From an uncultured Acidobacteriota bacterium (GTDB lineage Bacteria; Acidobacteriota; Terriglobia; Acidiferrales; UBA7541): 64,000 nt of DNA. This document shows positions 38,789-50,126 of the stretch, in pieces (the first letter of the stretch is position 1; every line of letters begins with the position of its first letter). Under the pieces are notes generated by a model. The model was not told where the DNA came from. It saw only the letters and a list, made by a program, of their open reading frames with translations, and did not search any database. The stretch lies in contig CAVOLC010000004.1 of the NCBI GenBank assembly GCA_963696715.1, forward strand, positions 13,616-77,615, given 5' to 3'. The position numbers and the translations under genes are program-made.

Positions 38789-40243
38789 TTACTGCGGTAA
38801 CGCGTGTGAACGCAACTGAACCCGGAGCTTAATCGCCCCGATGTTCTGGCCTTTCGACTCCGCTGTAACGGACACTTCGCTGGTCTGTTTCGATTTGGTT
38901 TCTGACGATTGAAGTTGCGGCACCGCGATCTCAATTGTCGCCGCGTCTTCTTCCCCGGCTCGAACCAAGTAGAGATCCGCTCCATTGTTTACGGTCCAAC
39001 CGTTCGGTACCGTGGCGCTCAGCTTGATCCCTTGCGTCGCGTTCGTCGGATTATGCAACCATACCGGAATTGACAGTACGCCGGCCGCGGCGACTGCAAT
39101 CTCTGGAACGTCCAGTTGAGGCAACCGCTCTAAGCCATGAGCGAGACGAAAATCGCGGTAGAAACTCCACGGTCCGCCCAGTTCGATCGAAAGGTTCGTC
39201 GGCATAGTTTGTGGGAAGAATGTCCGGGGAGCAGGAATTGCGGAAGAAGCGGAAATGTTTTCGAACATGTCTCCCGTGGCGCTTCCACCTGCCAATGACT
39301 TGCCCAGAACAAATGTTTGTTCGGCCCCCCAGCCGCCCTCTGGATCGGTTGCCTGCTTTTCAAGCTCTTGCTCGCTCATCTTACCGAGCGAATCAATATA
39401 TTTTTTCTCTTGGGTTTCGTGCGCCCGGAAGGATTCCAGAGCAACTCGCCAATAAGGCATATGGCGCGATTTGGAAATCCCCAAGACTGAGTACGACGGG
39501 CCCGAATCTTTAAAGTTTCCAGTGTCGGGAGCGTCAAAGTAATAGATCTTTTTGGGCTGCCAGGGGCGCAGATTTTCCAAGTGAGGTTCTAAGCGCCGCG
39601 TTGGTCCAGCCACTTGAGATGCGAAGACGGCAGAATCACCGGCCAGATCGAACGCTTCGGTGGCGAGCACGCTGGCGGCCTGATGATCGCCGTGATCTTC
39701 GCCGATGAACACGCCAGGGAAAAATGTCAGGATAACTTCAGGCCGGGTTAACCGGACGAGCCGCACCATCTCTTCCAGTGCTGCTCCATGTCCCCAGGTT
39801 GCCAGCGACTGAAGCACGTTTTGACTGGCTGTATCCTTGCCACCCAGAAACCACACATTCACAATTCCAAGTGACGCGCACGCTCTGCGCGCTTCAATTT
39901 CGCGAATGTCTGCCAGAGCTGCGGCGTGCTCCGCTCCTGCTTGGTTTGATCCGCTTCCTCCGCGCGTGCCATAAACCACCGCCACGCGCTTGCCTTCATC
40001 GATGGCCCTCGCTAGATAAGGTGTCACTGCCGCTTCGTCGTCAGGATGGGCAACCACAACAAGAATCTCGGCTTTATATCGTTCATCGGGGCCCAGAAAC
40101 GTTCGCGGCGTCTGCGAATCTTGCGAAGGAAGTGCCAGAGCAAACATGCTGGCGTGAAAGATTGCACTTCGTGCGAAGGGCGAACCTCCAAGCAAAAGCG
40201 AAGCTGCGAGAAAAGGGGTCACCAGCGGTCGAAAATACTTCAT
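38789..40243 (-). CDS. PIG-L/LmbE-family N-acetylglucosaminyl deacetylase with C-terminal extension
   Basis: VVAHPDDEA...YGTRGGSG...HGDHQA motifs are present. The signal peptide starts at the internal Met (MKYFRPLVTPFLAASLLLGG). Confidence 0.8.
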   Translation of the reverse strand: MKYFRPLVTPFLAASLLLGGSPFARSAIFHASMFALALPSQDSQTPRTFLGPDERYKAEILVVVAHPDDEAAVTPYLARAIDEGKRVAVVYGTRGGSGSNQAGAEHAAALADIREIEARRACASLGIVNVWFLGGKDTASQNVLQSLATWGHGAALEEMVRLVRLTRPEVILTFFPGVFIGEDHGDHQAASVLATEAFDLAGDSAVFASQVAGPTRRLEPHLENLRPWQPKKIYYFDAPDTGNFKDSGPSYSVLGISKSRHMPYWRVALESFRAHETQEKKYIDSLGKMSEQELEKQATDPEGGWGAEQTFVLGKSLAGGSATGDMFENISASSAIPAPRTFFPQTMPTNLSIELGGPWSFYRDFRLAHGLERLPQLDVPEIAVAAAGVLSIPVWLHNPTNATQGIKLSATVPNGWTVNNGADLYLVRAGEEDAATIEIAVPQLQSSETKSKQTSEVSVTAESKGQNIGAIKLRVQLRSHALPQ

Positions 40244-40340
40244 CCTGGACCTCACCGAAATGAAACCGAAACTTGCAAACGCATCGTTTCTCGCATTTCA
40301 AGCCTTGGATCAGCAGGCATATCAATGTAACTGTCGCAAA

Positions 40341-40838
40341 TCACCTTGCAGGACGACGACTTGATCGAGAAGAGTCCGACTGACCAGGTAACGCCATAAT
40401 GGTAGAAAGCGAAGTCGCGCACAAGATTTCCTGGTTGTCTTTCACCACAAAAACGTCCGCGGCGCAAACCTTCAAAGTCCTGCCAGAACGCAAAACACGG
40501 CCTCGAGCTATTAGCAGTTCTCCTTCAGCCGGCGTCACAAAATTGATCTTGTATTCCACGGCGAGTACGCTGGAATCCGCCGGCATCGTGGTGTAAGCCG
40601 CATAACCTGAAGCGCTGTCGGCGATCGAGGCGGTCACTCCCCCATGAAAGTATCCGTGCTGCTGCGTGAGCTCGGCGCGCTGCCGCAAGCGGATTTCACA
40701 TTCGCCTGCACCGAGTGCGCCCAATTCCGCGCCGAGATGTTTCATTAGTCCCTGGCGAGCGAAACTCTCGCGGACGTGCTGGAAGGTGGGAACAGTTGTC
40801 GCGGAATGTATCTTTGTTTTCACTCGATGTTTGGACAT
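40341..40838 (-). CDS. PaaI-family hotdog-fold thioesterase
   Basis: ...GYFHGGVTASIADSASGYAAYT...VEYKINFVTPA...ARGRVLRSGRTLKVCAADVF. The start was moved to Met28 because the longer ORF would overlap the 16S terminator hairpin. Confidence 0.75.
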   Translation of the reverse strand: MSKHRVKTKIHSATTVPTFQHVRESFARQGLMKHLGAELGALGAGECEIRLRQRAELTQQHGYFHGGVTASIADSASGYAAYTTMPADSSVLAVEYKINFVTPAEGELLIARGRVLRSGRTLKVCAADVFVVKDNQEILCATSLSTIMALPGQSDSSRSSRRPAR

Positions 40839-40898
40839 GGAACGAACAGAATAAGTAAGCAACGCAGCTTTCAGATGCGGAAAAATTAGTGAAGATGC

Positions 40899-40937
40899 AA
40901 AACAAAAGCCCCGGCTCAATTTTCATTGAACCGGGGC
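40899..40937 (-). terminator. Rho-independent terminator candidate downstream of the 16S rRNA gene
   Basis: Minus-strand reading: GCCCCGGTTCAAT-gaaa-ATTGAGCCGGGGC followed by TTTTGTTTT, ~180 nt after the 16S 3' end. Confidence 0.6.
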
Positions 40938-41117
40938 CTGCGTTTGTCTGCAAACTCTTTGACTTCGGATGAGACTTACCAGAACCCGTCCGGCCCATTG
41001 AGTGCTTCTCCACTCGACAAGTCGAGAGGAGAAACGGACCGAGCTCCCGAGATCCTAAGATCCGGGATGAAGAGTCGTGCCTGCTACCGAAGCAGGTCGT
41101 ACTCCCTTTTCTTTTAG

Positions 41118-42652
<1,535 letters not shown>

Positions 42653-42858
42653 ATCTGGTGTTCCATCCGTGGCAAGATTCGATTCGCATCGAGTTGCCAC
42701 GATTGGTAACGAACTTTAAATCGCTCGGTTTATCTCAATTCGCCTTGCTCCGGTACACTTGGAACAAGGCAGTAACCAAACGGGTTCTGGCATGTATCAT
42801 CCGATTGTCAAAGAGCAGGTACTCCCAGGTCAACTGGAAGAACTACAGACGAACCCCC

Positions 42859-42887
42859 ATCCTACAGAAACACAATTTCAGAGTCAA
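42859..42887 (-). promoter_or_regulatory. Candidate sigma70-type promoter for the 16S gene
   Basis: Minus strand: TTGACT (42887-42882), 17-nt spacer, TAGGAT (42864-42859), with an A/T-rich stretch upstream. This is ~200 nt before the mature 16S 5' end. Confidence 0.4.
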
Positions 42888-43280
42888 GCAATTTATCCTA
42901 GAAAAAAGGCGCACTACAAAAAAGTTTAATTATGAAGGGCCGGGGATTGGGGCACAGGTAATTTGCGGGAATCGCGGTGTGAAAAGCATCGGAAAACCGG
43001 CACATAAATGTTGCGGCAGTTTGAAAAGGGGAGACCGGAACACAGGGCAATGAGTGGGAAGTGAAACGACTAAGTGTTAATTGGGATCCAGTTGAAGACG
43101 GTGAGGATGGATGAAGCCGATAGGGATATCCGCAGCTCCCAAGCTGGAGCGGTGCTGACCCGCAGCGCCAGAGGTTGCCATAGGCTTCAAAGCGCCGGAC
43201 CTGCTACGTCTGTGGTAATTCTACCGTGTTTGTCGATGCTTTCAACGATACTGTTAAACATTCATTTTCACATGTATGTA

Positions 43281-43364
43281 TATGTAAAACCGTATGTAAA
43301 ACGCATTATGTGTTTTTGAATTCCTGTAACACACTCATTATAAATGCATTATTTTATGTAAAAC
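43281..43364. promoter_or_regulatory. Three copies of TATGTAAAAC within a ~110-bp AT-rich island; possible -35/-10 (TTGAAT-17-TATAAA at 43316-43344)
   Basis: TATGTAAAAC occurs at 43281-43290, 43293-43302 and 43355-43364. The island lies in the intergenic region between the 16S promoter region and the TonB-receptor gene. Confidence 0.3.
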
Positions 43365-43474
43365 ATGGACTTCAACGTGCGATAGGGTGAGCAGCGCGGA
43401 CTATATTCGCATGGGGGCATGGGGTGTCAATCAAGTTTTCGCCAATTTCCTCAGTTAAATCTCTAGGAGGCTGT

Positions 43475-46400
43475 ATGAACTGGAAGCGCTTTCTCGTCGC
43501 AATGTTTGCGGCGTTGCTACTGCTGCCGAGCGTAAGCATGGCGCAGAGCATAGTAACGGGTGGTGTGGGCGGAGTCGTGACCGATCCGTCAGGGTCAGTG
43601 ATTGTGGGCGCCACCGTAAATTTGAAGAATAACGATACCGGTGAGTCCCAGACGACGACCACGGGCTCCAGCGGTACTTATCAATTCACGCTGCTAAAGC
43701 CGGGTACTTACGTCTTGTCCGGATCGCAGAGCGGTTTCAAGCAGGTAACCGAGTCAGTCAACGTACTGCTCGGTCAAACCGCCACCGCAAACTTGAAGTT
43801 AGAGCTAGGGAGCGGCTCGATCACCGTGGAAGTGACCGGACAGGCCGCCTTGCTTCAAACCGAAGACGCGAATATTGCCTCGAACTTTGACACGACTCAG
43901 ATTCAAAATATTCCCAATCCGGGCGGCGACATCACCTATATCGCGCAGACTGCGCCCGGCGTGACGATGAATAACTCGTCGGGGGGCGGCTACGGCAACT
44001 TTAGCGCATTTGGCATGCCGGCTACCTCGAATCTCTTCACCGTCAACGGCAACGATTACAATGACGCTTTCTTGAACCTGAACAACTCGGGCTCGAGCAA
44101 CCTGTTGCTGGGTGGCAACGAACTTCAGGAAGTCGCCGTTGTCAGCAACGCCTATACTGGACAGTATGGCCGGCAAGCGGGTGCCCAGATCGACTACAGC
44201 ACGAAATCGGGCGGCAATGCCTTCCACGGCAATGTGGTGTACAACTGGACCGGACGAGAGCTGAGTGCAAACGATCCCATCAACAAAGCATTCGGCGGCC
44301 CCAGGCCGTTTGAAAACAACAACCAATGGGCAGCATCTATTGGCGGACCGATCATCAAAGACAAGCTCTTCTTTTTCGTGAATAACGAAGGAATCCGCTA
44401 CATCTTTGGTTCGATTCACACGCCAACCGCACCGACGCCCGCTTTCCAGAGCTACGTGCTGGGCAATGTGCCGCAGGATCCACTGACGCAGGCGTTCTAT
44501 ACCAACGCTTTCAGCCTGTACAACAATGCTCCGGGGATCGCCACCGCGACTCCGAATGCCGATAGCTGCGCGGGATTTGCAACCCCACCCCCGGGGACCA
44601 ACGGAATGTGCACGGAGTCTTGGACGCAATCGGTGTCCAGCGGCAACAAAGAGTGGCTGATTAGCGGCCGCGTGGATTACAACCTAAGCGAAAATGACAA
44701 GATCTTCGGTCGCGTGAAGTTTGACCGCGGGACTCAGCCGACCTACACAGACTCGATCAACCCCGTGTTCAACGACTTCAGTATTCAGCCTCAAGATGAG
44801 GGCCAGTTCAACTACACCCACATCTTCTCGCCGACGGTGGTGAACAACTTTATCTTCGCCACACTGTATTACTCGGCGATCTTCGGAACCTTGAATCCAG
44901 GGCCATCGCTGGCTATTTTCCCGGGCAACCTGGCATTTGGAGTTGATGGATCAGGCGTGACCGCGCTCGGGACAGGGTCAGGAAATCCAGGCGGGTTCGC
45001 GCAGGGCTTTCTGTACCCACAAGGCCGCAAAGTTGAGCAGTGGGGAGTTGTCGACGACCTTTCCATTACCAGGGGAGTCCACAGTTTCAAGATGGGCGTG
45101 AACTTCCGCAAAGATGACATCACGGACTATACGGCCGCACAACAGACGCTGTATCCGGCGATTAATGCCACTTTGTTCGGTTTTGCGAACGACCAAGTTG
45201 CGCCTCCGGGCTGCACCGATCCAACCACCGGGCAGCTCGGTTGCGGGAGCGTGTCTTACAACTTCGCGGTTCACGACCGGCAGCCGGTTTCCTATTACAG
45301 CTTTGGTGCGTACTTCCAGGATGAGTACCGCGTCAGTTCCAAGCTGAAGTTTACGCTGACGCTCAGGGCTGATCGCAATTCCGGTGGAACTTGCAACAAA
45401 CATTGTGCCAGCCTGCCGGTTACGCCTTTCAGCGACTTGCCGCACGGAGAAACCATACCGTACAACCAGTCGTTTATAACCGGAAACAAGACCATCATCC
45501 CCGGCATCGAAAAGGTTGTGTTCGAGCCGAGGTTTGGGATGGCCTGGAGCCCCATTGGCCAGAATACGGTCATCCGCGCGGGCATAGGTCTTTTTAGCGA
45601 CCTGTACCCCGGCTTCATTCTCAGCGGATTCAACACGAACTTTCCACAGGTGAATTTGTTTAATGTGCCAACGCAAAATGCAACGGTCGCGTTCGATAAC
45701 CTTCCTCCGGGGAGCACCGCATTTCCGAACAGCGGCCCGGCTATCGTAGCGGGGTGCAACACTGCCTTCACGGACAACTACCTTAGTGGCGGGAGCTTGA
45801 CGACCGGCGGTTCCAGCGGCGGCGGTTACCAGGGTGCGGCGATTCCGTTTGGAGGTTGTCTCAACTCACTCGGTGCGCTATCAGTTCCTGGGCTCAACGA
45901 CGTCAGCCGAACACTCAAGAATCCGAAGTATGTTGAGTGGAACCTTGAGATTCAGCGCACGCTCGGATCACATACCGTGCTTTCGGCGAACTACGTCGGC
46001 AACCACGGTTATGATGGGCTGATCTCCAACCCTGACCTGAACGGTTTCGGTTTTGGCACACTTCCAACCGCAGCCCCAGACCCACGCGTCGCCAGAGTGA
46101 ATTTTCTGTACAACCAGGGAGTGTCGAACTACAACGGAGTGACTTTCTCGATCCAGGAAAACAACTGGCACGGATTGAGCGGCCGCTTCAACTATACCTA
46201 CTCCCACGCGTTGGATGATCTCTCAAACGGCGGCTTATTGCCGTTCAGCGTGATCACCAGCATCACTTCACAGATCGACCCCAACAACCTGGCCAAACAG
46301 TATGGTTCAGCAGATGAGGATGCGCGGCATCAAATTTCGGCCAGCTACCTTTACCAACTGCCGTTCAAGAGCGAGAACCGACTGGTGAATGCTGCGATCG

Positions 46401-46918
46401 GTGGCTGGGTTGTTTCCGGCACGTGGTTTTATCGAACCGGCTTTCCGTTTACGGTAGTTGACACTGCGACGGCCGGCGCGCTTGCGGGAAACAACTTGTC
46501 AGGGGCGCAGATCATTATGCAGCCGGTTCCAGGCTTTACCCGTAGGAACTTCGGGGGGCATTGCATATTCGTCGTAGAGACCCCGTGCTTCACGACGGCT
46601 GATTTTGAACCCGCCACAGACTTCACCGGCTCGGTCGTGGGCCGCAACGCATTCCGCGCTCCAGGATTCCTGGGCGGGGACTTGGGTGTGCGGAAGAACT
46701 TCAATATCACCGAGCGTGTGACGTTCCAGCTGGGATTGAACGCTTACAACTGGCTCAACCACGCAAATTATGGCTCGCCCTATCCGGGCACCGGTGGCGG
46801 CGCAATCTTCGGCACCACGGTCGTCACCCAGACACCGCCGACTTCTCCTTACGGAGCGTTTGCGTCTGCTGCGACGGACCAGAGGATTGCTCAGATCACA
46901 GGGAAGCTGATTTTCTAA
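43475..46918 (+). CDS. TonB-dependent receptor with N-terminal carboxypeptidase-regulatory-like domain
   Basis: RBS AGGAGG is followed by the ATG at 43475. Signal peptide ...SVSMAQS; CarboxypepD_reg fold (GGVVTDPSGSVIVGATVNLKNNDTGESQTTTTGSSGTYQFTLLKPGTYVL); plug/barrel region; terminal aromatic residue (...GKLIF). Confidence 0.85.
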   Translation: MNWKRFLVAMFAALLLLPSVSMAQSIVTGGVGGVVTDPSGSVIVGATVNLKNNDTGESQTTTTGSSGTYQFTLLKPGTYVLSGSQSGFKQVTESVNVLLGQTATANLKLELGSGSITVEVTGQAALLQTEDANIASNFDTTQIQNIPNPGGDITYIAQTAPGVTMNNSSGGGYGNFSAFGMPATSNLFTVNGNDYNDAFLNLNNSGSSNLLLGGNELQEVAVVSNAYTGQYGRQAGAQIDYSTKSGGNAFHGNVVYNWTGRELSANDPINKAFGGPRPFENNNQWAASIGGPIIKDKLFFFVNNEGIRYIFGSIHTPTAPTPAFQSYVLGNVPQDPLTQAFYTNAFSLYNNAPGIATATPNADSCAGFATPPPGTNGMCTESWTQSVSSGNKEWLISGRVDYNLSENDKIFGRVKFDRGTQPTYTDSINPVFNDFSIQPQDEGQFNYTHIFSPTVVNNFIFATLYYSAIFGTLNPGPSLAIFPGNLAFGVDGSGVTALGTGSGNPGGFAQGFLYPQGRKVEQWGVVDDLSITRGVHSFKMGVNFRKDDITDYTAAQQTLYPAINATLFGFANDQVAPPGCTDPTTGQLGCGSVSYNFAVHDRQPVSYYSFGAYFQDEYRVSSKLKFTLTLRADRNSGGTCNKHCASLPVTPFSDLPHGETIPYNQSFITGNKTIIPGIEKVVFEPRFGMAWSPIGQNTVIRAGIGLFSDLYPGFILSGFNTNFPQVNLFNVPTQNATVAFDNLPPGSTAFPNSGPAIVAGCNTAFTDNYLSGGSLTTGGSSGGGYQGAAIPFGGCLNSLGALSVPGLNDVSRTLKNPKYVEWNLEIQRTLGSHTVLSANYVGNHGYDGLISNPDLNGFGFGTLPTAAPDPRVARVNFLYNQGVSNYNGVTFSIQENNWHGLSGRFNYTYSHALDDLSNGGLLPFSVITSITSQIDPNNLAKQYGSADEDARHQISASYLYQLPFKSENRLVNAAIGGWVVSGTWFYRTGFPFTVVDTATAGALAGNNLSGAQIIMQPVPGFTRRNFGGHCIFVVETPCFTTADFEPATDFTGSVVGRNAFRAPGFLGGDLGVRKNFNITERVTFQLGLNAYNWLNHANYGSPYPGTGGGAIFGTTVVTQTPPTSPYGAFASAATDQRIAQITGKLIF

Positions 46919-46947
46919 CCTAAACCACATCACAGTCACAGTAAGAA

Positions 46948-46977
46948 GGGCGGCCCACAAAGGGCCGCCCTTTTTTT
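46948..46977 (+). terminator. Rho-independent terminator of the TonB-receptor gene (also the group II intron homing site)
   Basis: GGGCGGCCC-acaaa-GGGCCGCCC followed by TTTTTTT. Confidence 0.8.
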
Positions 46978-48848
46978 GTGTGCCGAGCATGTTCGATAGC
47001 TTGGAGGTGAAAGTCCTCTACCCATCTTGATGGAAGAGAAGGGTTAGTGAAGCGCAAGGGCCAAGCCGCGAGGCGAGGTCTGAAAGAAGCGTGAAGCAAA
47101 CACGCGAGCCGATGGACAAGAACTGGATCTGAGGCCTACGGTGCCGGGCGAGCGAGCGAATGATCGCGAAGCCCACATCCATCAAAGGCACTGGTGGTAA
47201 ATCCAGCGGTTGTGCGTGGAAGGCGATCGAACTTACCTCGGGAGATCTGCTGCATGTCACGGAATCGTGACTGAGGGTGGAGAGATTCACTCTGACCGTG
47301 CGGCAGAAGTCAGCAGCGGGCGTAGTAGTCGCGCAAGCGATGAAGGCCCAAACAGCAGGGAGCGGCAAGTAGGACGCAGGACTCGATGAGCGACAAGCGG
47401 CAGAAGAACCAGCTAGTGCTGGCCTTTACTGAGGAGGGGAAGAGTGAAGCTCCGAAGACTTCTCAGGAAGGGACCGAATCGCTCACGGCGAAATGCGAAA
47501 CCGAACGTCCAGCTAGTCAGGGGCAGTTGATGGAAGAAGTCTGCGAGCGGGCAAACTGCTGGCAGGCTTACAAGCGAGTAAAGGCGAACAAAGGAAGTCC
47601 GGGAATCGACGGCATGAAAGTCGGCGAGCTCTCGGGCTACCTGAAGCAGCACTGGCCCTCCATACGGGAACAGCTGTTGCGTGGGACCTACCAACCACAA
47701 GCGGTGAGACGGGTGGAAATACCGAAGCCGGACGGCGGGGTGCGAAAGCTTGGCATCCCGACGGTGCTGGATCGACTGATCCAACAAGCGGTCATGCAGG
47801 TTCTGCAACGCAGATGGGATCCGACATTCTCCGAACACAGCCACGGGTTCCGCCCGAAACGCTCGGCGCATCAAGCGGTAGCCCAGGCACAGCGGTACAT
47901 TGCTGAGGGTCATCGCTGGGTGGTGGACCTCGATCTTGAGAAGTTCTTTGATCGGGTTAACCACGACAAACTGATGGCATCGATCTCTCGACGGGTAACC
48001 GACAAGAGAGTGCTCCGATTGATCGGGGCGTTCTTGAAAGTGGGTGTGCTGGAGAACGGGCTGGTGAGTCCGGCGGAAGAAGGAACACCGCAAGGTGGAC
48101 CGCTCTCTCCGCTCCTATCGAACATCGTGCTCGACGAACTCGACCGCGAGCTCGAACGGCGCAAGCATCGCTTCGTACGGTATGCGGATGACTGCAACAT
48201 CTACGTCCGCAGCCAACGAGCGGGACAGCGAGTGATGACGAATATCACGCGCTTCCTCACGCGACGGCTCAAGCTCAAGGTGAACGAGACCAAGAGTGCG
48301 GTGGCCCGACCAGTAGAGCGGAAGTTCTTGGGGTTCAGCTTCAGCAACAACAAGGAACCGAAGCGGCGCATTGCGCCGAAGGCCTTGTTGCGCTGTAGGC
48401 AGAAAATTCGGGAACTGACGCGACGGACGCGAGGAATCAGTCTAGAACAAATGCTGAAGGAACTGACGGCCTACTTAAGGGGCTGGAAGAGCTACTTCGG
48501 CTTCTGTCAGACACCCTCGCTGCTGAAGGCCCAAGATGAATGGATACGGCGTCGGTTGCGATCCATGATCTGGAAGCAGTGGAAACGCGGAAAGCAGCGG
48601 TACGCGAAGTTGCGTCATCTCGGGATCGGTCGGGACCTCGCCGCACAAACGGCGAGCAGCCCACACGGCCCTTGGCATCTGGCGAACAGTCCGGCCCTTG
48701 CTATCGCGATTCCTATCGCTTACTTCGATTCACTTGGTCTCCCTCGGCTGTTACACGGCGATGCGTAACCCTCTGAACCGCCGTACGCGGACCCGCATCT
48801 ACGGTGGTGTGGCAGGGGTAGACGGGTGACCGTCTCCCCTATGCCGAT
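46978..48848 (+). mobile_element. Bacterial class C (IIC) group II intron
   Basis: The 5' end GTGTGCCGAGCATG starts immediately after the terminator T-run. Domain V is GAACCGCCGTACGCGGACCCGCATCTACGGTGGTGTG (48775-48811). A domain VI hairpin has a bulged A (about 48841). The 3' end ...GAT at about 48848 is accurate to a few nt. Confidence 0.8.
47386..48768 (+). CDS. Group II intron reverse transcriptase/maturase (no endonuclease domain)
   Basis: RT motifs are present: GIDGM..., RRVEIPKPDGGVRKLGIPTVLDRLIQQA, GFRPKRSAHQA, LDLEKFFD, TPQGGPLSPLLSNI and the YADD box (VRYADDCNIY). The maturase X domain has ...LRGWKSYFGF. Confidence 0.9.
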   Translation: MSDKRQKNQLVLAFTEEGKSEAPKTSQEGTESLTAKCETERPASQGQLMEEVCERANCWQAYKRVKANKGSPGIDGMKVGELSGYLKQHWPSIREQLLRGTYQPQAVRRVEIPKPDGGVRKLGIPTVLDRLIQQAVMQVLQRRWDPTFSEHSHGFRPKRSAHQAVAQAQRYIAEGHRWVVDLDLEKFFDRVNHDKLMASISRRVTDKRVLRLIGAFLKVGVLENGLVSPAEEGTPQGGPLSPLLSNIVLDELDRELERRKHRFVRYADDCNIYVRSQRAGQRVMTNITRFLTRRLKLKVNETKSAVARPVERKFLGFSFSNNKEPKRRIAPKALLRCRQKIRELTRRTRGISLEQMLKELTAYLRGWKSYFGFCQTPSLLKAQDEWIRRRLRSMIWKQWKRGKQRYAKLRHLGIGRDLAAQTASSPHGPWHLANSPALAIAIPIAYFDSLGLPRLLHGDA

Positions 48849-48977
48849 TGTTCAGTCGCTCGTCAGCCCAAAGAGACTCTGTCTTCGTATTTCAGCAAAT
48901 GCCACTCGGATAATGAGGACTGCCTGTGCAGCAGCTGGCGCAGCCCTCCTTAGGCGGTTGGAGACGAGAAGATAACT

Positions 48978-50006
48978 TCAGTGTGTGGGACTCGCTGCTG
49001 GAGTTAGCGCGCCTTTAGCGATGCTTTCCTGTACCTGTTTGCGGATTTCTTTAGCCCGGACTCCGGCCGGGCTGTCAGGATCCAGCTTGATGTAGGCATC
49101 GAGGTCCTGAATCAGCGCGGGATAGTCTTTTTGGCTCAGGTGAATATTGGAGAGCAGGCGATAGATAATTGCGGAACCAGGAGAAAGAGACCGGGCTTGC
49201 TCTGCAGATTTTTGCGCATCTGCAATCTTGTTTTCATTAAATAAAATGCGACCGAGCTGGTAGTAACCAAACCACGCGTTGGGACTCAACTCCAGCCCGT
49301 GGCGTGTCATTTTTTCGCTTTGAGCCAAGTCTCCGGTGTCGATCAAAAAAGAGGCTAACCCGATAACGGGTTCGCCGAATTTATCATTGCTTACTTCGAT
49401 GGACTTGCGAAAGTTCTTCTCCGCGTCAGGACGAGTTCCCAGAGTCAAATAGGCCATACCGAGCTGGTAATAGGCTTCGTAAAAACCCGGCGCGATTGAA
49501 ATCGCTTGTTGGAAGTCCGCCAGTGCCGCCTGCGCATTCTTATCCGAATATAATTTCTTTTCACCGGAGGCCATCAGGTCGCGAGCCTTCTGCGGCATAG
49601 ACATTTCATGCGCAGAAACCCTTGCAGCCGTAGAAGCATCTGCCGAGGCACCCGGGTTCGGAGTAAGGTAAATGGACATTCCCCGGTCCGACATAAAGCT
49701 TAGATCTACCGAGACGGTATAAACCTTATACCCTACGGCGTCGACCGTCAGTTTGTAATTGGTACGGCGGAGCTGCCGAAAATTGAAGTCGCCGGAATCA
49801 TTGGTGATGGATTGCTGGATTAGATTATCGCCACCGTCCGACAATCGAACGGTGGCGTGTTCCACCGGTCTCTTTCCGTCTTCCGAATAGATCGTGCCGG
49901 TCATACTGACTGTGCCTGACGGGGAGCTTCCGCCTTGGGCAGCAGTACCACGCGGCACCAGCAGAAGGATAACGAGAAGGAAAACTGGGACACAAAGCCG
50001 GGTCAT
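48978..50006 (-). CDS. Secreted CarboxypepD_reg-like domain plus TPR-repeat protein
   Basis: After a signal peptide comes GTIYSEDGKRPVEHATVRLSDGGDNLIQQSITNDSGDFNFRQL, then TPR-like repeats (AYYQLGMAYL..., GYYQLGRILF...). Confidence 0.75.
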   Translation of the reverse strand: MTRLCVPVFLLVILLLVPRGTAAQGGSSPSGTVSMTGTIYSEDGKRPVEHATVRLSDGGDNLIQQSITNDSGDFNFRQLRRTNYKLTVDAVGYKVYTVSVDLSFMSDRGMSIYLTPNPGASADASTAARVSAHEMSMPQKARDLMASGEKKLYSDKNAQAALADFQQAISIAPGFYEAYYQLGMAYLTLGTRPDAEKNFRKSIEVSNDKFGEPVIGLASFLIDTGDLAQSEKMTRHGLELSPNAWFGYYQLGRILFNENKIADAQKSAEQARSLSPGSAIIYRLLSNIHLSQKDYPALIQDLDAYIKLDPDSPAGVRAKEIRKQVQESIAKGALTPAASPTH

Positions 50007-50126
50007 AGGACACCTCCTCCGGCTGAATTGGGCAGATTATACACCCATCACGCGGAAGGAAAACAGCTTCCATTGCCTGAACTTTGGACCCGGGCGCTTC
50101 GTCTTTCAGAGCGCTCTATGAGCTTG

